Shown here piece after piece: positions 1 through 12,878 of a stretch of DNA of 64,000 nt. Below the pieces are notes generated by a model. The model searched no databases, was not told the origin of the DNA, and worked only from the letters and a program-made list of their open reading frames with translations. Within the stretch, counting starts at the first letter, position 1; every line of letters begins with the position of its first letter. Origin of the DNA: Podarcis tiliguerta (lineage: Eukaryota); assembly GCA_965153285.1 (NCBI GenBank), contig OZ229116.1. The stretch is one strand, 5' to 3'. A program made the translations under genes and the position numbers.

Positions 1-684
1 TGTCAGATCAGGACAGGGATGACAATCAGCTGGGACCTCTTTCTCAACACATGACAGCGTTTTTGTCACCCTGCAGTGTGTAGCATAAGGAGGCGGCCAG
101 TTTTGAAGGCGAGACTTTCGCCTTGGGCTGCCAAAGCAGCCGATCAAACCCCAGGTTCCAAATTTAGAAGCTTTAACATTTAGAAGCTTTGGGAGGAATT
201 CAACGCAGAGCTAAAATTGCTCCAGCGGCAAGAGCAATTTCCCCACTCCTCTCTGCACACTGTTCTGGAGATTCTTCTGACAGCCCCAAAGCTGTTTTTT
301 TTTTGGGGGGGGGGTGAAGGAGAGGAAGGGGAGCCCTGCTGCACCAGCAGAATTCCTTGAGCATGCTTCTGCAAGTGGGGGTCTGTTAGTTTAATCCAAC
401 CCTTTATTAAAATTAAATAAACCACAAAGAATGGCAAAGGAAAACAAAGAAGTAGATGGTGGCATTATCAGACAGAAAAGTGTAAAAGATAAAACAACAC
501 AACTTAACACAGATGATGCGGGAAAAATTAGGGAACAAGGAAAAGGAATACTGGAGCCAAAAGTGGAAAAGGAAATAAATTCCCCAACAAAGAAACTTAT
601 CCCCAACATCCAGGCAACATGTTTAATATACCTTGGATGGGGTGTCAGAACAGTATTTGGGGCACGAATACATTTTTTTAAAAT

Positions 685-686
<2 letters not shown>

Positions 687-718
<32 letters not shown>
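687..718. repeat. (GA)16 microsatellite followed by purine tract
   Basis: Direct inspection. Confidence 0.95.
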
Positions 719-722
<4 letters not shown>

Positions 723-2420
723 AAAGGAAAAAGGAAAAAGGAAAGAGGAAAAAGGAAAAGGATTCTGTGGCCACTAAGCATCTTCAGCCTCACTGGGCTG
801 CTTTTTGGAAAGCTTCTCCTCTTTAGGTTCCCCTCACACCTCAAAAATATTTCTTGAACTTTTGCAAACTTTGTGGTTCCCCCAAATCTGTCCCTTTTGT
901 GTGGGTGGTGCTACTTCAGCTGCAATTCAGAGAACTGAGATGCCCGTTAGCTTATACGATTCAGTTTTAGACCATTTTAATTTGATCCCCTTAACTAAGC
1001 ACAAGAAAGAAACATGCTGGTATGTTTCAAAAACCTAAATAAAATATACAAATTATCATCATTTATTAATTTATATAACCACTTGCCAAAATGGAATATG
1101 CCACTAAAGCTGAAAAATATAAAGAAAAAAAATGTTTTCAGCACTGTAATATTTTGTAAAAAAAAGTTTAATTTTTTTTTGAATTTTTATAGATTTCAAG
1201 AAAGTTTTTTTAAGATGGGGAAAGGAATTGCTAGGAAATTGTATTAAGAGATCATATTACAGAAAAATGTGTTTTCATATAACGTAGAAGAAACACGTGT
1301 ATATAAAAAAGATTACAAAGAGCTTTAAAAAGTTTGTTGAAAATCAGAAGGAAAAATCTGTGTTAATAAATGTTCTCTCTTTGTATGTATTTAGAAACAA
1401 GTGTTTCATTTACAATAAAATTTCAATTCATGACAAAGAACAACTGCTATATAAAGTCTGGGCTATTAAAATGCTTAACAGTAATTTTGTTTCATCCCCC
1501 ACTCCATATTGACATAAGGACGGAGGGGCCTAGATCCAAGGAACCAGACAAATGGATCTGCACGCCAAAGAGGGCTTGAACTTGGGTTTCTCAAATGGCA
1601 GCCCTACCCTGTAGCATCCCAACTCACAAAATGGGATGAGGACGCATTTCTTCAAAGAAGACAAACTTCCATTGGGCATGAACGTTGGAGAGCATCTCAA
1701 GTAGCTCCTTCGATCCCAGCCAATTTAACTATACAGCTGGGATGGGGGTCGTGTGAGCCCTCAGAGGACTACAACTTTCGTTGTCCCTCACTGTGGAACA
1801 TGATGGTTAGAACCGTCCAACAAGTGGAGCACCACAGGTACTCCGTCCCTCTGATTCAGAAGAGAGAGCAAGCCTCAATGCATAAGCAGGCACTAAGAGA
1901 GCAATGCAGACCCAAGGCAAGTGTGATGTTCCCTTTGTTCATCTATTCTCTTTCGAGCCACCGTTTCCAGCGTGAATTATTTCTAGTGTTAAACGCAAGG
2001 CCATCGTTCACGATCCTTTGCCTGGGTGTCTTTGAGGTGCCTTATAAGTGCTGGCGTTAGTATAAGGGCGCACGCCCTCAGAGCATCTCTGGCGCGTGAC
2101 CCCTCCCTCGCTGCCACAGTCATCAGTGGCGCCATGGTGATGAGGCCTGTCCTTGCTGTGGTGAAGCCTCCCGTCACAGCTCCTTGGCCCTTGTAGGCTG
2201 GAAATGCCATCCACTTACCCTAGAACCAGGGAGAAGGCTACAAAAAGCACTGAGTGCCCCAGAATCTTCAGTGCCCTAGAACTAAGTGCCCTGGAATCTT
2301 GAGGCTAACGCTAAACCTACAAAGCCCAGTTGCTGCTTCACGCCACTTGGGGTGCCCATTTTTCTAGGCATCGTCTTTATTGTGTACTGGCATGCTGCTG
2401 AAGGTGATCTATTAAATTAA

Positions 2421-2456
<36 letters not shown>
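2421..2456. repeat. (ATCT)9 microsatellite
   Basis: Direct inspection. Confidence 0.95.
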
Positions 2457-2640
2457 GAGGGCCATTAAAAAACCAACTTGGGAATTCAGCCAAGAAAGCT
2501 GCTGAAAAGGAAACGATTAGGGTGGGTGGGGAGGGGGACGTTTGTATGTCTGTGTGTGTGAGAGAGAGTGGACACCCACACCCATATATCTCCAAGGACT
2601 ATTTGGCTGGGACAGAATGTACCATACAAACCACCAGTAC

Positions 2641-2710
2641 CTCTAGTAAACTTAGAGTTAAGCCAGGAAGCATCTGGGATGTATGAGCTGTCTTCACTTT
2701 CTGACAGCGT
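2641..2710 (-). CDS. PTDSS1: PTDSS1 exon 12 (70 nt); final coding exon not found in window
   Basis: TLSESEDSSYIPDASWLNSKFTR(G); CCACAG/GTACTG; exons 1-12 sum to 1312 nt, leaving a short terminal exon as in other amniotes. Confidence 0.9.
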
Positions 2711-3689
2711 CTGTGGAGACAAAGAGGATCATCGTGGGGTTTCCACCTTTGCAATCATCTACACTTATTGCCTCCAAACTCTATTAAACGTGCTTTCTGA
2801 AAACTGCAGAGATGACTGGTCAAACACTATGCAGAGTGCATTTTTCTCACGCCTTCTTCCTAACGTATACACTGGGCTATACAGGTCTAACAGCTAGGAG
2901 GGGAGAGAAAAAAGCTTAATCATGTCCCCTGCGCTTTGTTATGTAACCCAAACCTCCTCCTGCTGCTTGGCATTCCCATCTGCCCTTCCGCCCAGGTGCA
3001 ATGACAATTTTAAAAATTGCTTTTCCAGCTTTAAGACTGGAATGATAGGGATGACTACACAGTAGGGAGTTTGTTGGGTCTGACTTCTGCTTAAGCAATG
3101 CAGGTCCTTCCTGCAAAGAGTGGGCTTCTTAAATTTATGCATGAACAAATGCTATGTTTTCCCCCATTTACATGGTGCTCAATACCATGTCACCAGCCAT
3201 ATGATAGAAGGGATCATTTCCTTCCTTTTTGGTAACAGAGCACCCACATCTATGTGGCGTAGGATTTATTGAGGTGCACAAAATCATGAGGCAAGAGCAC
3301 CCGTTTAGTGAGGAGGGAAGGTGTTGCAAGATCAAGTTACTATTCTTTGGGAGAGTAATAAGACTGGCTAGGTCTACAATTCAGAGCTCAGGAACTCCGC
3401 TGCATCACGCCAAAAGGACCACTGAGTTCAGCATCCTGAGTCCACTGGACCAAAAGCCTTCTAAAGACTGAAGGACTCTTTCAGTCTGCAGAAGGCAAAA
3501 TCCAGACCCAACCTGTTAGAAATAACCAAAATCAATGCTCTTATAATAAAATGCTTTCTTGGGGGTAATTTCTTCTCTATGTCCAAGAACAGACACCTTA
3601 CCCTCACCAAGCTTCAGCAAAATAGACTTTTAACATGGCTTCCACACAAGCATCTTTCAAAATGTGCCTTGTGCCCAGTTAAGCATTAC

Positions 3690-3758
3690 CTTTTCTCGCT
3701 GTCCGTAGTGGTCCGCATACCAAACCATTCCATATAAACAAAGGAAAGTAGTAACGGC
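3690..3758 (-). CDS. PTDSS1: PTDSS1 exon 11 (69 nt)
   Basis: [23 protein letters not shown]; TTGTAG/GTAATG. Confidence 0.95.
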
Positions 3759-4708
3759 CTACAACATTGGGAAAAGGAATGAAAAGGAGGGAGAAGAGTC
3801 AAAACCTGCCAGCTTCTACATTCATTCCTTTATTATTTCAGGGCATCGCACCCCATCTTTCAACAAGTTGCCTCAGGATGACTTACAATGCATCGCTGGA
3901 GGTGAACAATGTTGATGAACACGGAGCCTCTCTTCCTAGTGTATACATAAGTACCTATTTATACTACAAATGTTTTTATTTTACACTACCACTATGAACA
4001 GGGAGGGCTATCACCCAATTAAAAAACAAACAAACCAAAACACAACTATGTATATGAATATTAGGGTTGAATTCTACACAAGAGGCCTGCTGCTTCAGAG
4101 GCTATAGCAAATATTAGGAATCTCTGGCCTGTGAGGTAAAGGAGGAACTTCTCCAGGCCTCCCTGGCTGGCCTTTGAGACTCTCCTCAAGCGACACACCC
4201 CTTCCCAGTCCTGCTTTGTACACCACCCTTCAGTGTTCTGGCCTGGCTGGGATATGTACTCCAATCTGTGAATGCTTTTTTTCTTGTTTGGATGGAGGAT
4301 AGAGAGGATAGAGCTTACTGGGTAATGGTAAAATTCACATCGAATGCTCTGTCCATTTTTCCTCTGGCCCCACACACCATTGCCGTGTGGTCCCCCGAAA
4401 GGCTGCCCAGAAGAGCGTGAGACACTTGGGATGGGGAAAAAATCCATCCCTGGCTATAGAATTTGGCAGAAGCTTCACTACGCCAGCAGAGCACCAGCCG
4501 GGGATAGATTTCTTGGTGGAAGAATCCGCCACTTCAATTATTATTTTTAAGCAATTCATCCAGGTTAAACATTGCAGCGCCGGTCACAAAGTTGTGTTAA
4601 TGGGTAGATTTAGCCAATGACCAAAGAGACATGGCAACTAACATGGTTGCCATACCAAAGAGGAGGACCTAAGGAGCAAAGCATTGTGCAAAATAAAGAG
4701 CCACTTAC

Positions 4709-4808
4709 CACACAAAGGAGCCAAAACACAACATATAATATCTGTGTTTTGGAGAAGAGGTCTTGACCAAATTTGATGCACACAATAGCTTCCAGGAAAC
4801 CAATAACT
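4709..4808 (-). CDS. PTDSS1: PTDSS1 exon 10 (100 nt)
   Basis: [33 protein letters not shown]; CTCAG/GTAAGT. Confidence 0.97.
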
Positions 4809-5340
4809 CTGAGGGAATGACAAAAGAAGTACTGGCTGTTTTTAATTTAAGAGCATGCTTTAATATCTTCACTGAGGGGGCGGGGGAGATAGTTTATAAA
4901 TTGCTCTCATAAGCTTTGAGGGCCATCCATAAAACAGCTCACTTTTGAAAGCCTTTAAAATAAATCCTCTACCTTGGGTCAGGCTCCGTCCCCCTTTAAC
5001 AAAAACCCCTTTCGGTTTTTTGTTACAACTTTGCTCCCCTTAATAAACAACCCCTTAGAGCATTTTTATATCTTAGTCAGAGCTGCTTTGTAATGCAAAT
5101 GTAAAAAAATGTACATGGGCTAGAATGGTAATTTGCATTATATATGCCTCCATTTCTGTATTACCAGCAGGCGGGTGGCAACATAAATACTATGAATGTG
5201 TGAGCATGCCATGAGAGGAAGAGACTAGCTTCTGTCAGTCAATAAAAGTGGTATCTGGTGGCATCACAGTTCCATGGTAGAGCACATGCTATGAATGCAG
5301 GGAGTCCTGGTTTTAATTCCTAGTATCCCCCATTATATGA

Positions 5341-5662
5341 GGTCTAAACCACAGAGCCTAGGGCTTGCTGATCAGAAGGTCAGCGGTTTGAATCCCCGCG
5401 ATGGGGTGAGCTCCCGTTGCTTGGTCCCTGCTCCTGCCCACCCAGCAATTCGAAAGCACGTCAAAGTGCAAGTAGATAAATAGGTACCGCTCCGGCGGGA
5501 TGGTAAACGGCGTTTCTGTGCGCTGCTCTGGTTTCACCAGAAGCAGCTTAGTCATGCTGGCCACATGACCCGGAAGCTGTCTGCTCCCTTGCTTATAGAG
5601 TGAGATGAGTGCCGCAACCCCAGAGTCGTCCACGACTGGACCTAACGGCATGGGTCCCTTTA
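5341..5662 (+). mobile_element. Sauria/Squam1-type SINE, slightly 5'-truncated
   Basis: tRNA-like head with B-box-like GGTTTGAATCC, core GCAAGTAGATAAATAGGTACC; homologous to 8 other copies in the window. Confidence 0.85.
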
Positions 5663-7255
5663 ATTATAATAGGGATGGAGAACCTGTGGCTCCAGTTAGC
5701 ACGACCAAAGGCAGGGGTGACGGGAGAACTCCGGGTACAGGGCAGTATATAAATTCAATAAATAAACAAATAAACACTTCAACAACTTCTGGAGGGCCAC
5801 AGATTCCCTACCCCTGTTTCAATTTTTTAAAAGAATGGACAAGTTTCTAATTCTCATGTTTATGATGATTTCAAAAGCCAGAGGGGTATCTGAATAAAGT
5901 TTCTAGCGATGGAGGTCTTGTACAGATCCTTGATTCTCTCTGTGATGATCTAGTACAAGTGGCAGAATAAAATTATGCAAAACAGGAGAAATTTGCATGA
6001 TTATATGGGTTTCAAAATCCAGGTTTTCTTAATGAAGAATTTAAATTATGGAATTTCATTTCTTTCTTTCTCTCTCTTTCCTTTTTAAGCATACTGTGTG
6101 CACACATGCATACTGGCCATTGTTTCTCTTAGAGCTTTCGTTTTCTTCCTTAAGTGTATTTTACAAGGATTTCACTGCATGAAATCCAGTTCATTTAACT
6201 TACGGTTTAAGATTATGCTTAAGGAAGGGGGAGCCTAATCCTTCTGGCAAGACACTAAGCAGCTTTCGCCAGATAGATGAAAATTCAGTTTACCACATTA
6301 AAAAAAACAACCCAGTGAGATACCAGTAAGTTGTCTGTTACATTAGCTGTCTCTGGTTATATTTATTTGTGTCTTGAGCTCCCGGAACCAAGAGACGATC
6401 TGAACTGATGCAGGATTGAAATCCAACTCCCTGCCCCTGCTTCGTAGAGCATCAGGCAATCAAAGAGCTATGGCAAAGAGTAAAAATGGGAACTCTACTC
6501 CCATTTACTTCTACTAAGTATTGTGCAGGTATTTATGGGTGCATCTTACTTGTGCATCTTTATGTTTTCAGAAATTCAACAGCCATTATTTAGAAATAAG
6601 CCAGACCTCTTAATTCAGACCTTTCTTACATTCACTTTCCTCTTGTCTGTTTTTTTTTAAAAAAAAACTTTTACCAATTGCTTTCATTCCCTCCCCTCCC
6701 CTTGTTGTCTTCCTCACACCAATGCCAAAATTTAGACCTTTGGGGTAGGGATCTGTCCCATTCCCACCAACCTTCTGTTAACATATCAAGGGGCTCATAC
6801 AGTGAAGGTGTTAAAAGTAAAAAAGAAATGGGTGGAAGACTTGCCCCCAAATGCCAAGTTATTTCTTCCACTTCTTCTCTAAAAGTTATGGCTGTAATCC
6901 TTATATACTACCTGAAGGTCCCACTGAATTCAACAGAACTCTGAGAGTACAACTACAACAATATACTATAAGGCTCCATTCAAAGCATTCTAAAATGACA
7001 ACAAAGCAAACCTTAGTCTAGATATACTACAGTCTATCTTTCAACTTAGAAATGAGTGAGCTGGCCCAAAATAAGCACGGAATACTGCCAAGTAAAAGCA
7101 AGTTATGTAGCACAGGTGGTTCTCAGCCCTTAGCTCTGATTTTGTCTAAGGCACTTGCAGCAGAATGGATGTTTCCTGCATTTGACTTAGCCGCACCTTG
7201 CTTCAGTCCCCTGCGCGTTAGCTGTATGCAGCCTGGATTCCTGCAACACACTCTA

Positions 7256-7500
7256 CAGTCATACCTTGGGTTAGAGACACTTCAGGTTGCTTTTTTTCAG
7301 GTTATGGACCCACCGAAACCTGGAAGTTCAGGAATGGGTTATTTCCGGGTTTTGGGGGTCACACATGCACAGAAGCGCTAAATCACGCTTCGCACATGCG
7401 CAGAAGCACTGAATTGCAACCTGCGTGTGCGCAGATGCGCCGCTGTGGGTTGCGAACGTGCATCCCGCACAGATCATGTTCGCAACCCGAGTGTCCACTG
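7256..7500. mobile_element. TA-flanked MITE, family C
   Basis: Imperfect TIRs CAGTCATACCTTGGGTT / AACCCGAGTGTCCACTG; TA flanks; homologous (inverted) to 48115-48361. Confidence 0.82.
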
Positions 7501-9102
7501 TATGTGCGGTTTCTGCTTTACCCGGTCTGGAGGTTTCAAAAGGTGCAACGTGCAGCAGCAAAAACAATTTGAGGGGCTGGACTTCTTTGCACCTATGTTG
7601 CACTAGTAACTTTGGCTGCCTATGTATTTCCAGGTCCAATGAAAGGGGCTGGTAATAGCTCTTAATACCCTAGAGTCTGGGGCCAATAAAGACTTTTCTG
7701 TTCCGGTCAGCGTTTGGATGATTTTTTATTTTGGTGCCGTGTTTTAATAACTGTTTTATCTGCTGCTCTGATTTTGGCTTTGTTTCTTTCATGGGATTTT
7801 AGTAATATGGTTTCCGTTATTATGTTGGACTGCGTTGGAAAGGTAATGACCCTAAAAAGGTGGTTTAAATAGCTATTGAAATAAAATAAATAAATAAACA
7901 GAAGAGAATTTGATGTCTCCACTCTGAGAGCCCACTAAACTTTGTAAAAGGCAACCCCTGCCTCCCCTTTTCTGTTTAATTTTAATGCCGGCGGTGTTGT
8001 TCCACAAACAGTACTTAGGAAAGCAGGCTTCATCATCTTCTTTGCCAAAAGTGGAGCAAAATTACGAATGAGACTTGGAGGATGGATCTGGCATGAAGTA
8101 AGTGATGACATGGGAATGTTCCTAGGCATGGCCAAGTCAACTGATTAAATTAGCCCGTTTAAATTTGCCAAGGGCACAAAGCAGCAGTTTAGAAGTCCCT
8201 CAGGGCCTATTAGCTCAGCGTGACCTTCTTAACAAGGGCAGACTATGCTGATCTGAACGCTGCTATTTTTGTAACCTCATGAGCTGAAAACCTTCCTTTG
8301 AAAGGCTTGGATGTTCTACACCAATTTGTTTCCTTTTCTCTTATGTTGTGTGCAGGAGAGAAAACAATCGGTTCCAGAGGATCACAGAAAGCTGGAAATA
8401 GCCTGGGGGTTGTCTAGTTCATACCAAACCAGATTTCTTCACACGCCAATATGCTCTGCCCCATTCCCCCCCCCCAAGAATTCATGTTACAGAGTGCCAC
8501 AAACAGAACCAACCGAATCTGTGTGCACACTGTCCATTTAAGACACATTTAAAGCACAGGACTTCCCCCAAAGAATTCTGGGAACTGTAGTTTCTTAAGG
8601 GTGCTGGGAATGGTCAGCTCTGTTAGGGCTTTGGGAATTTTAATATCTATAGAGCTTTGAGAGAGACTGCCTCCCCCCCCCCCCCCGTGTTACGTTATGT
8701 TTTTCTATTAAATACTTATTGAAATATTACTAAAATGCTAGCATGAATGGCCAGGGTTCCTGGTCCCCGGGACAGCCTCTACATGTTTAGCAGCCTTCCT
8801 CTCTGCATTCGTGTCCCCCAACATGTGGATGATGTGCTGGCAGAGCTGCTAAATGAGCTGCTAAATGTGGGACAGCAACTTGGATGAAGTCAAGCAGGCC
8901 TCGTTGGTGCAAGGATAGGAATCTGCCTTGCATCCCTATATCTGCCACCTTGAGTTACACAGAGAGCAAATAAGAACAACAAATAAATAGAAACTGAACC
9001 CCCACGGAGCGTGCAATTAAAAGCTTTTGGGATGCAAAGTTGTTCTTGTCACTGAGTCAACACTACAACAGTCTCAATGTTTTCAACTGCAACAAAAACT
9101 TA

Positions 9103-9225
<123 letters not shown>

Positions 9226-9332
9226 TTATAGTTAGCAAAAACAAACGGGGGGTGGGGGCTGATATTCAATTTTTGGAAAAAGCAGCTCAATTACTTGGAA
9301 CATGGTAAAGACTCAGCCATATTCGAGAACTA

Positions 9333-9566
9333 TAGTGGTACCTCAGATTAAGTACTTAATTCGTTCCGGAGGTCTGTACTTAACCTGAAGCTGTTCTTAA
9401 CCTTAAGCACCGCTTTAGCTAATGGAGCCTCCCGCTGCTGCTGAAGCACAATTTCTGTTCTCATCCTGAAGCAAAGTTCTTAACCTGAGGTAATATTTCT
9501 GTGTTAGCGGAGTCTGTAACCTGAAGCGTATGTAACCTGAAGCGTATATAACCCGAGGTACCACTG
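9333..9566. mobile_element. TA-flanked MITE, family B
   Basis: TIR (C/T)AGTGGTACCTC; TAACCTGAAGC subrepeats; TA TSD. Confidence 0.88.
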
Positions 9567-10543
9567 TACCTCAAACTTCTTTACTGCTATCTTGGAGATC
9601 AAGTAAATGTGACAATTGTAAACCAAAGACTGAAACTTGGTCAGCGATAAAGAGGGATGTACAACTGAGGATGAGAAAGGTGCCAGAAAAGCCAGCTATA
9701 GCATGTCAGTGGAATGTCTGTTTGCCTGAATGCAGAGGAGCACAAAGCAGCCACAGCCCTAAACTTAGATCAACACGTCTGCATTTTCTGCCAACTGTCT
9801 CAATTTTAATATTTTAAGTTGTTTCTCCTATTTTTTTCTTTTTAAATTGAGCTCCTGTGAGATTTGACCGGGAATCAGAGTTTAGAAATTAAGAAGCGAT
9901 TCAGGACAGAGATCTTTTGAACAATGGGAACTAAGATTTGTGATCCTTTGCACCTTTACCCAGAGTAAGCCCCACTGAATAAAAATGTGTTTTACTTCCA
10001 ACAAAAAACTGCACTGCATGGAAATCTGTTGAATGGGAAACAGAATTGTGTTAAAGCTTTTCAGGCTTGTAGCCAGGGGGGCGAGGAATTATTGAACATC
10101 TGGAATATACATTTGCCTAACACACTTGCTGTCATTTCACCTGCTGTTTTACAAGTGATTTTACATTCCCTGACATGCTTGTTGTTATTTAATTGTATTA
10201 GTGTCTAAGTGAGCAATTGGGTGGAATGCCCTATGGTCCTTTTTGGACATACCAAGCCAGGTTTCCCCAACCTGATGCTCTCTAGGGATTTTGGACTACA
10301 AGTGCCACCACTTCTGACCACTGCCCATTCTGACAGACTGATGGAACTCATGGTCCAATCCCCAAGAGAGCACCAGGTTGAGGAAGGTTGCTCTAAAGCT
10401 TAGCAGCAGTGAGTCTGGGGCTTGTGTGCTCTCCACTTCTCCTTTGGCAAAGCTGTGAGAAGGAGATCAGAAGTGCTGCTTCTTGTTTCCAGACTCTGGT
10501 TAGTTTGAGCTATGGCTTTTTTCAAACAAGTCAAGATCAAGTT

Positions 10544-11335
10544 TGTGATTCAAGGACCCGCCACCCGCTTGGGGATAGGAAAGACACATGGACACAGTAT
10601 ATTAGGTTAATGGGCTAAAAAAGGCCACAACTTTATTGATTACAGCATGTGAGAGGTATTGGGTTAGGCATTGGATAAAACAACAGAGCGTGACTCCACC
10701 CCCTCAGGGAGGGGTGAGTCTATCAAGGGTTAACCACCAGTAGGAGAAGCCTGTTGATGCAAATACAACTGTAAGTTCCCCTGATGTCACCGGGGGTCGT
10801 GCCATGGCCCTAGCCACCAGCAAGGGTGTCAGACAGGATCCACGACTGCCGGATTCCTTTACCGGAATACCCAAAAGGGGAGGGGTAGGCAATGGTCACA
10901 CCCTGCCCTCCAATACACAAACATATTCCAATGCCTAACCGCCAATACCTAAAAGTTGTGACGATTTGCTACGAGGTAGGCGAAAAACCAAGTGACTGGT
11001 ATCAATTTGCCAGTTGGATAAAAATTCCTACCAGGCCCCTTGGGCAACCAAGGCGACAAACCACAGGTCCATAGCAAGGTCAAGAACCAAGCAGTGAACT
11101 AAAGGAGGGTGGGTAGGTGATCCGATGAAAACCAGCAGCGGAATGAAAGGGAAGTGCTGTCGTGGCCATGTTTGAGCGGCAAAACCCCGCCCCCAAGCCT
11201 CCACCTGGTTGGATGGCTACCTGGGGGCGTGGCGCGGCAGCCAGGCCAGGCCAGCTGGGCAGGGGGCTGCAACGCCCTCTGCCAATGCGGGAAACGGCCC
11301 CTCGCTCACAACTCCCCTCTGTAAGGAGGAGAGCC
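10544..11335 (-). mobile_element. LTR (TG...CA, 10544-11310) with adjacent polypurine tract
   Basis: TGTGA...TCACA termini; minus-strand AATAAA (10632-10637) about 90 nt from the end; AGAGGGGAGT immediately 5' of TG on minus; bracketed by a 23-26 bp direct repeat. Confidence 0.72.
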
Positions 11336-11747
11336 TTTTTCAAACAAGTCAAGATCAAACAGTGGTTTGTTTTAAGCTAAGCAGAGTTCCCTGGTTTAGA
11401 CATAATGGAACACCCTGGTTAGTTTAAAAGCAGAGGCAGATGTTTCCAATCTCTCTCTCATTTGGGAGGGAAGACATGAACACAAGGCTTGTTGCTGCTC
11501 ATGTGTGTAACACTAAATTATGGTTTAGCTTTACATCCAAACCAGGTTTTTTTAATCTCCAAAAATAAGTGGGCTGGAGCAAAGGCAAGGAACCTGTGGC
11601 CACCCAGATGTTGTTGGATTCCAACTCCGACCAGCCACAGCTGGCTTGGTGAGCAACATCTGTAGGGCCACACTGGCTCCCCATCTCTGAGCTGGGCTTT
11701 TCGAGGTCCCCAGCTACTGGCCAGCAATTTTACAGTGAGGAAGATTA

Positions 11748-11876
<129 letters not shown>

Positions 11877-12364
11877 CTAAAAGAAGAAGAAACAGAAAGA
11901 AGAATATAAGCTGGGAACATTTGATATCCTAGACAAATAAGACAGATACAACTCCTTAGCAACTGCTTATGGTCTGCTCCAGGACAATAAACATATGGCA
12001 CTCCAGGTGGCCTGCGGATTGTTGTTCCCATTAGGAACAGTAAATTATGAACTCCACAAAAAGAATTAAATTCTTTGGGAAGGTAAGCAATACATTTAAA
12101 TGCCTGTGTCGGGGAACTAGATAAACACACTGCTTCGTTTTTCTCTCTATGTGTACAACTATAGTGTCAATTTACTTTTCTTTGCAAAAGTAACCTTTTA
12201 TTGCATCCGGCTTACCTTTATATAGCATGAGAAAGCAGATTTTGTGGTACCAATAAAAAGTTTCACACTTGTCAATGATTAAAGTGATTTGTCTTATTTT
12301 TACCACCATGAGGACTACATCTGGATTTTCTGTGTCAGGTACCAGGCAGTTTTGTCATATCACA

Positions 12365-12576
12365 TAATTTTATTACAACTTTTTTTATGCTACACTCCCT
12401 CAAGGAAGCTAAGGGCAGCACAAACAGTTCTTCCCACCCATGTTATCCCCATAACAGTTCTGTGGAATGGATTGGGCTGGGAGACAGTGACTGATCCAGA
12501 GTCACCCAGTGAGCGTTATAGCTGAGTGGGGGTTTGTTACCTGGTTCTCCCCAGTCTTGATCTTACACTCTTAACA
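12365..12576 (-). mobile_element. Old CORE/L2-tailed SINE (Squam3/MIR-like)
   Basis: tRNA-like head and CORE-like segment AGTCACCCAGTGAG on plus strand; diverged. Confidence 0.5.
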
Positions 12577-12878
12577 CAGGTATGGGGAACTTGTGACCCT
12601 CCAAATATTGTTAGATTCCAAGTTCCATAAGCTTAAGCCAGCAGGCCAACAGCTAAAATTTGGAAAGTTTTAAAAAATATTTCTAGCTTCATTCAGTGCC
12701 TTTTTATAAATATGGATGTTGGTTTTTTTTAGCTTTTACTGTTTAGGTTTCACGCTGGTTTTACTTTATGTGCTACTTTTTTTGTAAGCCGTTTTGAGTT
12801 ACTTTTCATAAGTAAGCAATTAATAAGTGCAATTAATGATAATAATGAATAGTGGTGAAATAAAAATTCTAATACCTA

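Noticed and set aside
391-857. Overlapping 70-130 aa ORFs with ERERER/SLSLSL runs
   Set aside because: Artefacts of the (GA)n microsatellite and purine tract; no recognisable protein or splice structure
1-2640. Canonical PTDSS1 last exon
   Set aside because: No minus-strand segment encoding an SRRRNRH...NGVGKK-like tail was found; presumed outside the window
5860-5950. ATGATGA...CTGA resembling a box C/D snoRNA
   Set aside because: Antisense to the host gene, wrong spacing, no terminal stem
10704-11427. ORFs within the LTR as retroviral genes
   Set aside because: No gag/pol/env motifs; short and lying in LTR sequence
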